DNA of 63,488 nt, counting the filler, from Octopus bimaculoides (lineage: Eukaryota): NCBI RefSeq assembly GCF_001194135.2. It is 7 parts of 7 records of this genome, joined end to end, with 100 filler letters (N's around TTAATTAATTAA, not from the genome) between each part and the next. Parts side by side here need not be neighbours in the genome. Positions count along the whole stretch, not along the records: positions 1 to 13,263 come from NC_068984.1; positions 13,364 to 32,320 come from NC_068982.1; 5 more parts are not named here. One strand, 5' to 3'. The notes beneath the pieces are model-generated. The model saw nothing but the letters and a program-made list of their open reading frames with translations, was not told the DNA's origin and did not search any database. The number at the start of each line of letters is the position of its first letter. The stretch's first letter is position 1. The translations under genes were made by a program, and so were the position numbers. Of this stretch, positions 12,620-25,471 are shown one piece after another.

Positions 12620-13263
12620 CCGGCTAAACTTGAATTTCAAAAACACACGGATATGAAATTCAATTTTTACATCTGCATTTGTACATATATCCACACACAC
12701 ACAACACATATGCATGCACTGACACGCTCAGACTCGCCCATACACTTATACAAATGCACATACACACGCACGCTTGCGCATACACACACACGCTAACAAT
12801 CACGCAAACATACACACACACACACACCCAAGCATACACACCCTTGGACACATAACCCATATATACCCCCATTTACACATACATCCCACACACCTTACAT
12901 ATATACCGCCCACACACATGACAAACATACATGCGCGCCCTCACACACACATATAGACGAACGCACATACATACACACACACACGCACAGTGGTAGAGAC
13001 ACACACCTTACACAGACCTATACACACACAGACACACACACACACCCATATATACGCGCACGCCTACATACACGTACATACACAGCCGCATACACATGCA
13101 CACACACACAGGAGTGCACACACAAAATAACACACATACCTGGCACACATCCTTACGCTCTCACACACACACGCACGCACACACACATAAACGCACACTT
13201 ACATATACATACACGCACACACACCTCTCACATACACAATACTCACTCACATACACAACACAC
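12620..13263. repeat. Degenerate CA/TA-rich low-complexity tract
   Basis: Direct reading. Confidence 0.9.
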
Positions 13264-13639
13264 NNNNNNNNNNNNNNNNNNNNNNNNNNNNNNNNNNNNN
13301 NNNNNNNTTAATTAATTAANNNNNNNNNNNNNNNNNNNNNNNNNNNNNNNNNNNNNNNNNNNNGAAGCATATATATATGTATATATATATATATATTCAT
13401 ACGTACATACATACATACATACACACATACATACATACATACATACATACATACATACACACAAACATACACACATACATACATACATACACATATACAT
13501 ACATACATAATACATACATACATACATATATGCATACATACATACATACATACATACATACACGCACACGAATTGCACTGAAAAGGAATTCGATCTTGCT
13601 TTCCCCTCCAGAACGGATGCTGCGTGGAGCCGATTGAGT

Positions 13640-13860
13640 CAGTTCTGTGAATAGTCATGAAAGACCGTGGTGTAACAATCTAAGAAGTGGGAATCTGCAC
13701 AGGGTCAGTAGACTCCATTTCATCAGAAGATTTTGGTGAGCTGCGAGTGTTGGCGAAATTCGTTCCCAGAAAAAGCAACGCGGCATGGAGATCGCTCAGT
13801 ACATGCTGGACTGTCCAAAGCACGATCCGGACTTCATGAGACATGGCTCTATGGTCTCTG
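13640..13860 (+). pseudogene. Mariner transposase remnant (second HTH to start of the DD34D domain)
   Basis: Frameshifted KDRGVTI*EVGICTGSVDSISSEDFGELRVLAKFVPR / KKQRGMEIAQYMLDCPKHDPDFM / ETWLYG. Compare mariner DRR.TIRE..EVGIS.GS...IL.EDL..R.V.AKFVP.LL...TGDETW.YG. Confidence 0.85.
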
Positions 13861-14779
13861 CTCAAAGAGTTCTGTCATCTTGCATGAAAACGTGTATTGC
13901 GTCCAACCACGACGCAATACACGTTTGTTCTCTAAGTGTAGCATACGGAAACTGAAGCGCGGCGTACTGGCGTGAAAATTTCTACGTATGCGCAAATCAT
14001 TCAGCCAAATCATTCAGCCCACGTCGCATTAGTTTGGGCGGAAATATATATATATTTATGTGTATATATACCTATATAGACAAGTATATGTGTTTAAGTA
14101 TTTTTAATAATCGATATACTGAGGAAGATATCAAAAATCATATTTCTTTGAGATTCCCGACTTGTGACTCCATTATCTCAAACATTCATGGTATATATAC
14201 ACAATGATCAGTGGAGTAAATGAAACAGGTATGATAAGTTAGGTTGTTTTTCTTATTCTTGGATGATAAGGCTCTCAGAATATGTGCAATTTCATGAATC
14301 CTACCTCTCTAATTTACAGTCGTGTGGTGTGTATGATTTCGTAAATCAATGAGATGCATAGGCACCACGACGCCTAAGCGGAACATATGCATATGGGAAA
14401 CATCTGTCGGCGTATAAATCTAAACGCCTTGGCATTAAAAGTACTTAAGTTCGTTGTTAAATTTCGGCTAAACGCATAATTAAATTTCGCACAATACTTA
14501 ACGCTAGAGCTGAATGAAATATGAATGGTAATAACATGACAATGCTCTATATCTTCTGATAAAACTAATGAAATTTGTGTTCCTCGGACGAGATGTTGAG
14601 CATGGAATGCTCATTTTGCTCGCGTTTCTATTTGTTCTGATATAGTTCGTTTTTATTTTTAAAATGCATTTTGGATTTTTATGATTATCAGCACTCGTTG
14701 CTCACAAAATTATTCTAACAAGCTAAACTGCTATAACTCCTTTGGATACTTATTTTTAATATTCGTAGAATACAGTAGA

Positions 14780-14915
14780 TTCAAATTCCGCCGAGGTCGA
14801 CTTTGCCTTTCATCCTTTTCGGGTCGATAGATTAAGTACCAGTTACGTACTGAGGTCGATCTAATCGACTGCCCCCCCCTCCCCTAAAATGTCGGGCCTT
14901 GTGCCTAGAGTAGAA
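14780..14915 (+). mobile_element. SINE family A, 5'-truncated (tail type A)
   Basis: ttcaaattccgccgaggtcgactttgcctttcatcc...ggccttgtgcctagagtagaa. Confidence 0.88.
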
Positions 14916-16997
14916 TATTTAGAGAATAGATTGTATATATAGTATGATGTTAAATTGTACGCCCACGTCATTCAGATCGAGACATGGAACCCAATCAGCA
15001 AAACTAGCGAATAATGCTAACAATAAAATAGTTTCCTTTCACTTGATTCAAAAGTAATTGTTTGCGTATTTAATTTACAATGATGATCTGTTTTATAAAG
15101 AATTTTATTACACAATTACAAACAACTGAGATAAAAATATAGAGGCGGATGAGTTTCAATAATTATTCGCAATTCATGTTCCTCGATATTTTTTAACCTA
15201 CTCGTTTGTAATTGGTATCCATTATCAAATAGAACAGGAATAATCTAAATACACGAGCTGTACTGCATCGGTTAATTGTATATATGCACTAAAGACTACA
15301 ACCATATAAACTGATTGGAAGGAAGAAAAATTCCAGAAACAATTGATTCGTATTAAATTAAATTAATGAGAATTTTTCTGATACATTTCGCCAACTTTTA
15401 CTCACAATTCACAAAAGAAAAAAAATCAGTTATAATTTTCCGAATTTGACTTTATTTCCTTATATATTAATCGATCAATTTAAAGTTGAACAGCTTTAGT
15501 ATTTTCAAACTTCATGCTACCATCGTATAATAGCTTGATTGCGCGAAGCTTCGAAAACACTGCCAATACTATTCTTGTTAAACAATAATTATGTCGCACT
15601 CCAAAAAGGTATGAAGTATTCCTTCAGATTAATGTAAAATTGTCTTTATTATACAATTAAACCTTGGGAGAGGCATTATGCCGGTAATAAACACACGCAC
15701 TGGTTCAGTCCTTTATTAATTTATATAGTTTTTTGTTAAATTATTTCATTGCACTCTTGCAATCTCTTCAGTAACTTGTCTCTCCACTTCCATTTATTTT
15801 GAATATATGATCTGGCGTTGTTTTGGCGTTGTTTCGAAACTGTTTGGTATGAGCATGTGAGTGTGTGCAAGCTCGTATGTGTGCACGCTCATTTGTGTGC
15901 ACGCACTTATGTGTTCGTGCTTATATGTAAGTATGTGCGTCCATATGTGTGTTTGTAACAATTTCGTTTATATCAGATCAGATAGAGACTTTTTAATTAA
16001 TTTATTTACGTTCATATTCNNNNNNNNNNNNNNNNNNNNNNNNNNNNNNNNNNNNNNNNNNNNNNNNNNNNNNNNNNNNNNNNNNNNNNNNNNNNNNNNN
16101 NNNNNNNNNNNNNNNNNNNNNNNNNNNNNNNNNNNNNNNNNNNNNNNNNNNNNNNNNNNNNNNNNNNNNNNNNNNNNNNNNNNNNNNNNNNNNNNNNNNN
16201 NNNNNNNNNNNNNNNNNNNNNNNNNNNNNNNNNNNNNNNNNNNNNNNNNNNNNNNNNNNNNNNNNNNNNNNNNNNNNNNNNNNNNNNNNNNNNNNNNNNN
16301 NNNNNNNNNNNNNNNNNNNNNNNNNNNNNNNNNNNNNNNNNNNNNNNNNNNNNNNNNNNNNNNNNNNNNNNNNNNNNNNNNNNNNNNNNNNNNNNNNNNN
16401 NNNNNNNNNNNNNNNNNNNNNNNNNNNNNNNNNNNNNNNNNNNNNNNNNNNNNNNNNNNNNNNNNNNNNNNNNNNNNNNNNNNNNNNNNNNNNNNNNNNN
16501 NNNNNNNNNNNNNNNNNNNNNNNNNNNNNNNNNNNNNNNNNNNNNNNNNNNNNNNNNNNNNNNNNNNNNNNNNNNNNNNNNNNNNNNNNNNNNNNNNNNN
16601 NNNNNNNNNNNNNNNNNNNNNNNNNNNNNNNNNNNNNNNNNNNNNNNNNNNNNNNNNNNNNNNNNNNNNNNNNNNNNNNNNNNNNNNNNNNNNNNNNNNN
16701 NNNNNNNNNNNNNNNNNNNNNNNNNNNNNNNNNNNNNNNNNNNNNNNNNNNNNNNNNNNNNNNNNNNNNNNNNNNNNNNNNNNNNNNNNNNNNNNNNNNN
16801 NNNNNNNNNNNNNNNNNNNNNNNNNNNNNNNNNNNNNNNNNNNNNNNNNNNNNNNNNNNNNNNNNNNNNNNNNNNNNNNNNNNNNNNNNNNNNNNNNNNN
16901 NNNNNNNNNNNNNNNNNNNNNNNNNNNNNNNNNNNNNNNNNNNNNNNNNNNNNNNNNNNNNNNNNNNNNNNNNNNNNNNNNNNNNNNNNNNNNNNNN

Positions 16998-17325
16998 ATT
17001 CCACTGTTTGTTACGGTATCTAGGTTGTGTTCCATTTGTATCTTTGACAACAATCTCCTCAAATTTCTTGTTAGCTCCTCTGTATACCCGGATTTTATCT
17101 TTTTGGCTGTATCCCGAAAATTGCATGCGATGCATGAAGTCTTGAATATGTTTTTGCCCCTCCCATGGACTGCACAGCGGGGATATGTTTTTCATTATTC
17201 TAACCAAATCGGCTACTAATATATTGATTTTCACACTGTGTGATAGAGCCGAATTCTTATGGATAACATACTTTGAAGATATAGGTTTCATATAATGTGA
17301 GTGGAGGATTTGAACTTTGTCATTA
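16998..17325 (-). mobile_element. Penelope-like element RT thumb region fragment (continues into gap)
   Basis: The ORF track peptide HSHYMKPISSKYVIHKNSALSHSVKINILVADLVRIMKNIS...MHRMQFSGYSQKDK resembles the PLE Y.KP.SS..VIH..SAL...K..IL...L.RI..N.S...MQ.SGY motif. Confidence 0.75.
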
Positions 17326-17417
17326 ATTGTCTTTATTATAGCTGAACATAAAAGAAAACATTTATATATGTTTGTGTGTGTGTATGAGAGAGAGAAAGAG
17401 AGAGTGTGTGTGTGCGC

Positions 17418-17469
<52 letters not shown>

Positions 17470-17732
17470 TCTACCACCGCTTCACCACCGGTGCTATTCC
17501 GTTTACGACCCAGTACTGAAGTATTAGTATTAGTATTATTTTAGTAATATGCACATTGGAACGTCGCATCATTTCTCATGTGGACTGCTTGGGAACTCTC
17601 ACCATTGAACTACGTGTTATTTTCGTCGTACAAGTACGTGTGTATATTATTGCATGTGTGCGTATGTTTATATGTATATGTGTATATATGTATATGTGTG
17701 TGTTTTTCTGTATGTATATGTATGTATATATC

Positions 17733-17813
<81 letters not shown>

Positions 17814-18274
17814 ATGTGTGTGTGTGTGTGTGTGTGTATATGTATGTATTTATCTGTCTGTATATATATATATATATGTATATGTGTGTGTGTATCTGTA
17901 TGTATATATGTATGTATAACAGTATTTGTGTATATCTATGAGAGTATATGCATGACTATATATGTGTGTACATATGATTGTATATGTCTTTCAATGTATT
18001 TAAATACACATATTCTTGATTGAATGACCCTGTAACATCTTTTCTCTTCCACTCTTTTCTTTACCAATCAGCACCCTTTCCCATCACCCTCCGCCACCTC
18101 TCCCTTTTATCAGAACACCTCTCACCTCCCACAAGCTGCTGCTCGCTCCGCCCAAATTGTCCGAATCTTGAGAAGCTTTAATCACCTTCTTAAGCGTCTT
18201 ACATTTCTTCACCTCATTACACTCCTTATTCTCTCTCACCTCTTCTCTCTGTCTGACTTCATTTGCATGCGCGC

Positions 18275-18355
<81 letters not shown>

Positions 18356-18853
18356 TGTCTGTCTGTCTTATATTCTTATTGATAGAACGCTTCACTCTTT
18401 TATATATATATTTCAGTCTATAAAACTGCGGTTAGGCGGCAGCACCACTTTGAGCAATATTTTAAACCTGATACTTATTCTATCTTATGCCAATTCGCCA
18501 AGTCACGTGGGTGAAAACACACCAAGCGGCATATATATATATATTGACTTGACCTAATTACCGCTTACTTTTCACTTGGCTTGGACATCCTTCAAGTAAA
18601 CAAGCAAAAATCTATTGCAAGATGGAATATATATACCTCTGCCACCTAAGCTAAATCAACTTTCGTTCCAACATAAATTTCCGGATTATTCACACAAGGA
18701 TTAATTTGCACGAATTTCTACACGGATATTTACCACTGGAATGAAACTACTCTTCAAGTACTGTTCTCTCTTTTTTCAGCACATCACATTCTTTACCACT
18801 TCATACTAAATATATCCGCCTATGGATATAATAATAGATTACTATATTTTTTC

Positions 18854-18897
18854 TGTCTCCGATGAAGGGAAGTACTAGATCTTCCCAGAAACAGCTG
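18854..18897 (+). ncRNA. Degenerate type I hammerhead ribozyme motif (PLE pLTR type), truncated by gap
   Basis: tgtct-ccgatga-a-gggaag-tactagat-cttccc-a-gaaac-agctg: CUGAUGA-like core with a U4C change, 6-bp stem II, GAAAC, and a palindromic AGCT stem III loop. Confidence 0.6.
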
Positions 18898-18921
18898 NNN
18901 NNNNNNNNNNNNNNNNNNNNN

Positions 18922-18960
<39 letters not shown>

Positions 18961-18965
<5 letters not shown>

Positions 18966-19100
18966 GACGGATTTCTTTCAGTTTTTGTCTACCAAATCCT
19001 CTCGTAATGTTTTGGTCACCACTAGGCTATAGAAGAGGACACATGCTCAAGGTTTCATGTAGAAGGAATGAACCCAGAGCCATATGCTTGGGAGACGAAT
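18961..19100 (-). mobile_element. SINE family B head (diverged)
   Basis: acgacggatttctttcagtttttgtctaccaaatcc... is the reverse complement of the family B body. Confidence 0.75.
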
Positions 19101-19284
19101 GCATACATACATATATATACATATATACATGTATATACATGTATATACTGCTAATTCCTATATATTTATGATTATAAATGGTTTTACCGATAAGGTTTTT
19201 TCATACTGAGCTACCCGGCAAAATTGTTAATTATTAATTTTATTACTAATTGACGATTCCCTGCCCTGTATATATATATCTATA

Positions 19285-19322
<38 letters not shown>

Positions 19323-19361
19323 NNNNNNNNNNNNNNNNNNNNNNNNNNNNNNNNNNNNNNN

Positions 19362-19433
<72 letters not shown>

Positions 19434-19794
19434 CACATCCATGTCCGTACTTTAGCATACATGTGCTTATGTATAGGTTTATATATGTGGGTGTCTCTTC
19501 TTCAAGCCTTTAGTATTCCTTATTCGTTTGTTGCCCTGTCTGGTTATGAATGAAGCTTAACAGATATCGAATGTTTCTCTTCGCGTAGTGACTCAATGGT
19601 ATCCAAAGAAATCTTTCAGTAACAGATGTGAATTAATAATATATTGTTGAACATTTTTCATTAATAAATTTAATATTGTGCAGTTACTCTTTTATTTTAA
19701 TCGATTGGCTGAGAATAGGCATAAACAATGCGTAGGCGATATATGCAACCTAATTTAGAATACTAGTAATATTTGGGATGTAGTAATCCTCCAT

Positions 19795-19936
19795 GCTGGT
19801 GTGTTTACATCCCCGTAACCTAGCGGTTCGGCAAAAGTGAGCCGACAGAATAAGTACTAGGCTTACAAAGTATAAGTCCTGGGGTCGATTAACTCGACTA
19901 AAGGCGGTGCTCTAACATGGCTGCACTCAAATGACT
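19795..19936 (+). mobile_element. SINE family B 3' half
   Basis: ggtgtgtttacatccccgtaacctagcggttcggcaaaag...aaggcggtgctc. Confidence 0.88.
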
Positions 19937-19963
19937 CATTTTTGACACCTTATATATTTGACA

Positions 19964-20100
19964 CCTAAATGTGGCTAACCCTTAAGGGTCGATGCCACTG
20001 TAGCTTGTAGCCCCAGGAAGACATCCCCTCCAACTAGCTATTCACACACTATCTGCACCCTGTGAGTAGCATTGACTCTTAAGGGTTAACCACATTTAGG
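19964..20100. repeat. 32-bp inverted repeat / piggyBac-like MITE
   Basis: Arms 19964-19995 and 20069-20100 differ at 3 of 32 positions. The interior has ctaa|CCC...GGG|ttaa termini. Confidence 0.75.
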
Positions 20101-22879
20101 CGGCATATATACTTCACGATGTCATACGCTTGCTGTTTATATCTCGCTCGAAGATTTATTATTGCTTATATATATATATCTATATATATATATATATNNN
20201 NNNNNNNNNNNNNNNNNNNNNNNNNNNNNNNNNNNNNNNNNNNNNNNNNNNNNNNNNNNNNNNNNNNNNNNNNNNNNNNNNNNNNNNNNNNNNNNNNNNN
20301 NNNNNNNNNNNNNNNNNNNNNNNNNNNNNNNNNNNNNNNNNNNNNNNNNNNNNNNNNNNNNNNNNNNNNNNNNNNNNNNNNNNNNNNNNNNNNNNNNNNN
20401 NNNNNNNNNNNNNNNNNNNNNNNNNNNNNNNNNNNNNNNNNNNNNNNNNNNNNNNNNNNNNNNNNNNNNNNNNNNNNNNNNNNNNNNNNNNNNNNNNNNN
20501 NNNNNNNNNNNNNNNNNNNNNNNNNNNNNNNNNNNNNNNNNNNNNNNNNNNNNNNNNNNNNNNNNNNNNNNNNNNNNNNNNNNNNNNNNNNNNNNNNNNN
20601 NNNNNNNNNNNNNNNNNNNNNNNNNNNNNNNNNNNNNNNNNNNNNNNNNNNNNNNNNNNNNNNNNNNNNNNNNNNNNNNNNNNNNNNNNNNNNNNNNNNN
20701 NNNNNNNNNNNNNNNNNNNNNNNNNNNNNNNNNNNNNNATATATTGCAGCCTGTAACATTCGTAACATTTGGTAATCTATGTCTTTGAAAATTTGCAACA
20801 AAGATATAGGAGCGAAGTATTCTGCAAAAATTCAGTACGATGATGAAAGACAGAAAGAGTTATTTTGCCGCAACCTTCCTACTTTTAAAACGAAGCACTA
20901 CCATCGTGATTATACTACTCCTATCACCGGTGCCGAACGAAACCCTAGCAACAGCAACGATGAAGCCAATGAAAAGAACAACAGCGCGACCCCGAAAACG
21001 AAAACAACGAAATTCAGAACGCACAGCTGAAAAACGTGGAAAATCAAATTGTCTTTCAAACGCACACACACATTTTGTATAACTCAGCCAACATCTCGTT
21101 TGACGCCAATACAAACCGAAATAAATGATAAAATAAGTACCAGTGTAACACTGAGGGGGATATTACTGACTTACCCCTCCCCTAAAATTTCTGGCCCTCT
21201 GTCAAAATTTGAAACCATTATTATTATTATCATTACCATTGTCATCATCATCATTATCATTTCCATCATCATCATCATTATTTTTCGGACCCGATTTAAA
21301 ACCAGTGAGTCCTGAAACATTCCAAATTTTAATTGGTCTAATAGTAAAATACTGTTCGAATGTCGAAAAGGTTATGTGCTACAACCTATTTCCATTTCAT
21401 TAAATCGTGTTTTTATTTTACGGAAATTGAAAAGAAGATCATCAGTTTTCAGATCGATATTTCCATATGCGATTCTGTAGACTATGATTAAATGATTCAC
21501 TTAAGTCAAGTGATCAAAGAATAGTTGTATTTTATTTCAGGTATTCTACAAGTAAATTGTCTTTGGATAAATTTGATGAAGTGGATGTTTTTCTTAAAAT
21601 GAGCAAACTAAATTTGTGTTGCGTATTCCAATATGAATCCAACAAATAATTTAAAACATTTTTTCTTATCATGTGCTATAAATGAGCTGAGGAGACAATC
21701 TATTCTTATAGCAGATTTCTACGTTATATGAATGCAGTGTTTCGAGTAATTCTTATCGCTTCTCTCAAATACATTTAAACTCTCTAAACCTGTACCTTCA
21801 ATACTATACGTTGTCATCGGATTGTTAAGTTGAAATTACAGCACACACACAACAAGAAAAAAATTAATAATTTGAAAAGCTGCAATTCATTTGGTCAGAT
21901 AAATGAGCTATGGAACCCAAGGTAGCCAGAAAGCTTGGAATTGCCGGGAGTTAAACACACAGAAAGGAATTTCATTACTATTTTGGACAAACTAATCTAC
22001 AGTTTAGAGAAAATGCATATCTAAATTCTATAGTTTTTGTCAATTTTCTTAACTACTTGAATTATAGATTTCCTTCCCATGTCCCTTCTCTCTGTTTATC
22101 TGATGATAAGAAGATAACACTCTGGGTATTTTACTAAATCCGTTTCTTTATTTCTTTCCATTAGGTTTATTTGGGGTATTTTTTTCTTTTTGCTAGTTTT
22201 TTTTTGCTTTTGTTTTGCAATAGGTTTGTTTGACTTTAGTTTTATTTTCTTCACTTAGATCTTCTTGTATAATTTACTCTAATGCAGTTGCAGCAATCAT
22301 GTCCACCAGTCCTATAATCTACGATTGTATGTAATCTGTGTCTTTCTATTACTTTTCCGATTATACTTTACTTATACTCCCTGTTTACTAGTTCCAACTG
22401 TTCCTGTTAACTCTTTTCTGCTTATATGAATTCCTGATAATTATTTAGATAGATTTTGATACGTCTGGTTTCAAATAATTAGCAAGAGCATAGCTTCTTT
22501 TCGCTTTCGACATTTGCAAATACGTCCTCCTCACATCGTTTCCAAAATATAATAGTAAACACCAAAAGCCTGCCACACACGCTAACGACGTTGTGAAGTA
22601 TGACATTTCTTACTGGGTTTAATAGTGCTCACCCGTGGTAAGAGAGAACAAAAGCTTAATGCTGGTAAATAGAAACAGGTGACCTAGTTCTGTAAATATA
22701 CCACACTCACCAAATTCCAGCCTATTTCTTTTCTTTTCGTCTTTTTCTTTAGCAGTTGATTTGTTTTGGCTCAGAGGAAGATAACACTGCGTTGTTGGCT
22801 CTTTATATTTTCAATCGATCAAATCAATCGATAGATAAAAATGAACAGTTAAGGCACCGAAATGCGTACCTGAAACAAC

Positions 22880-23270
22880 TGTAAAACTATAATAAATATA
22901 TCAATGGACATAATCCTTATAACCCATTATTTCTGTCTAAACATTATATCGGAGACGTTGAGGGAAAATTTACATACAGATATAACAACCATCTTTCGAA
23001 TTTTAAGTACTGTGAAAAGAGATATTCAATGACACCCCCAGCTTCAAACTGGAAATTTAAACACGAAGGGACCCGTTTTGAGATCGAATGGAAAATCCTC
23101 TCGAAAGCCAGACTCTATATTTACCGGTCCCAAAAATTTTCGGTATAGGCTTTTGAAAAACCTATATCTCATAGAGAACTTGAGAAGCTTCAATGAATCC
23201 GTAAATTCCAGAAACAAGGTTTCTTTAGTATGTCCACATTTCAAGAAATTCATTTTATCGGAACTTAAAA
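22880..23270 (+). mobile_element. Penelope-like element GIY-YIG endonuclease C-terminal remnant
   Basis: KHYIGDVEGKFTYRYNNHLSNFKYCEKRYS...NWKFKHEGTRFEIEWKILSKAR (YIG at 22945-22953) and NSRNKVSLVCPHFKKFIL. Both match the PLE endonuclease tail pattern YIG.TE..FK.RY.NH...W.IL...NSR.E...CPH..KF. Confidence 0.82.
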
Positions 23271-23444
23271 GTAGGCTTCCAGACATCTTGTTTACGTTTT
23301 CTTAGCATTATTGTAACTATAATTATCTCCCTTGAGCTTTTTCTTCTTGTCTTCTTCCTTATCAGCATCTCTTGTTTAAACGACAATTGACAAACGGTCT
23401 TGTTCTCAGCTTGAAAAATAGTGAAATAAATTATTATTTCGACT

Positions 23445-23498
<54 letters not shown>

Positions 23499-24198
23499 GG
23501 AACAAAGACGCAATAGAGGACATTAAAACATTCGGACAGATAGAGGATACAAAGGCGGACAAGAGAAACAATTAGAACAGGCCAAAAAAAATGGATCATT
23601 CGTGGCTTTCTTTCTTCAGTCAAGTTCCAGAAGTCACGACCATTTCGGGCAGTTACACTTGAGACGGTTCGATCTGGTTGCCCCCCCCCCAAAAAAAAAG
23701 TCTCAGCTAAGAGCATTAGACTCCTTTGTAAGAAAGCTAGCGAATGTGTACGGCAACAAAGACAAAAAAAAGACGGAGAACATGGTACACAATTACGAAT
23801 ACAAACAAGAAATAACAGGCGTCTTTCGACTGAGAACGAATCAAATTGAACTGGCGTTTATGAAGTGAAAGCCTAAAGGGAGGAACATCACATACATACA
23901 CACATATATACGTATACACATATATATATGTGTGTGTGCGTGTGTGTGTGTGTGTGTGTGTNNNNNNNNNNNNNNNNNNNNNNNNNNNNNNNNNNNNNNN
24001 NNNNNNNNNNNNNNNNNNNNNNNNNNNNNNNNNNNNNNNNNNNNNNNNNNNNNNNNNNNNNNNNNNNNNNNNNNNNNNNNNNNNNNNNNNNNNNNNNNNN
24101 NNNNNNNNNNNNNNNNNNNNNNNNNNNNNNNNNNNNNNNNNNNNNNNNNNNNNNNNNNNNNNNNNNNNNNNNNNNNNNNNNNNNNNNNTATGTATTTC

Positions 24199-24432
24199 AA
24201 GGCGGCGAGCTGGCAGAAACGTTAGCACGCCGGGCGAAATGCTTAGCGGTATTTCGTCTGCCGCTACGTTCTGAGTTCAAATTCCGCCGAAGTCGACTTT
24301 GCCTTTCATCCTTTCGGAGTCGATTAAATAAGTACCAGTTACGCACTGGGGTCGGTATAATCGACTTAATCCGTTTGTCTGTCCTTGTTTGTCCCCTCTG
24401 TGTGTAACACCTTGTGGGTAGTAAAGAAATAA
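24199..24432 (+). mobile_element. SINE family A, full length (tail type B), young copy
   Basis: Intact A-box-like tggcagaaacgttag and B-box gttcaaattcc, core tttcatcctttcggagtcgattaaataagtaccag, tail ...gtgggtagtaaagaaataa. Confidence 0.93.
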
Positions 24433-25471
24433 CACATGTATGTATGTATGTATGTATGTATGTATGTATGTATGTATGTATGTAGTGTAGTATTGAAGGA
24501 AGACACTGCTTTAACTAGTTTTGAATCAAATCATAGAGCGTTCTGGCATATATCAAGATTGAACCCAATTAACTCGTTTTACGGGAAATACTTAACATGT
24601 CAAGTAGTAGTTTTCGTAGTAAATTCAATCAAATACTTTCACAAAAATCGAAATAAATTACATCAGTTCTCTTCATTTGGTGGGCTTAGTCGACTTTTTA
24701 AGTGTTAGCATTAATCGCGATATAGTTGCTTGTTTCATTTAAATGAAGCTATGTTGTTTTTTCGCACCCACCTCGTTTCCGAACAATATTAAAATCTCAT
24801 TTATCATAATGCCCATAAATACACACGTAGCACTGCTAAGCTAATTAAAAGGGGGTAATTTTCTAGAGAGTATTGCAATTACTACTGACGTGTCGAGAGT
24901 GACGATAATTCTCTTGAAGAGAAACCAAACTCCAATATGAGTGATAAATTGGTAAACGGTTCGCCTATTAATGGACTAAGATTTTGAAAGAGAAACAAAG
25001 GTGATAATGATATATTCGGATCCCATAGACAATTTATTTGAAAATCTGAACAGGACGTACTCTTGGGTCATTTTGGAGGATAAACTTCGGATATATCGGA
25101 GGATTTCTACCGTGAAGAAATCAAGATGAGAAATATTTATGAGAATCTTCCATAAACGCCGTCGTTTCCATTTCTGTATTATGGATTTTGAAGTCGAAAA
25201 TTTTGTACTTAAACCTTTTTATTCGTCGTTCAACATGTATGCCCAACTCCATACACAAATTAACAATAAAGCTTATCTTGAATTCCTCTGAAACAATATT
25301 GAGTTTCCATATTTTTCTGTTATAATAAACTCCTCATGTTTGCTACGTCTTTTTTTCCTTATATGAGAAAAGATTAGTTTTCTACAATGAATAGGATTTG
25401 TGTGACAATAATTAGTGAAATGTTCTCCACAACTAAATGTTTTTAAAATACTTGCTATTTAATTATAATTT

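Noticed and set aside
13308-13319. TTAATTAATTAA island inside N runs, repeated at 32365, 36050, 48517, 51760 and 61186
   Set aside because: Each copy has exactly 44 N on either side (100 bp in total) and carries stop codons in all six frames. It is a scaffolding gap marker, not biology. Adjacency across these joins is uncertain.
15861-17477. Longest ORFs in the track (300-490 aa), and similar ones at 11781, 20119, 43191 and 56838
   Set aside because: They are open only because they run through N gaps. Only the PLE peptide at 16998-17325 is meaningful.
18060-18270. CCAAT (18064), GC box (18146) and octamer ATTTGCAT (18261) close together; tandem CGGAAG ETS-like motifs at 30073-30090
   Set aside because: Such short motifs occur by chance in 63 kb. 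There is no linked gene or transcription start evidence.
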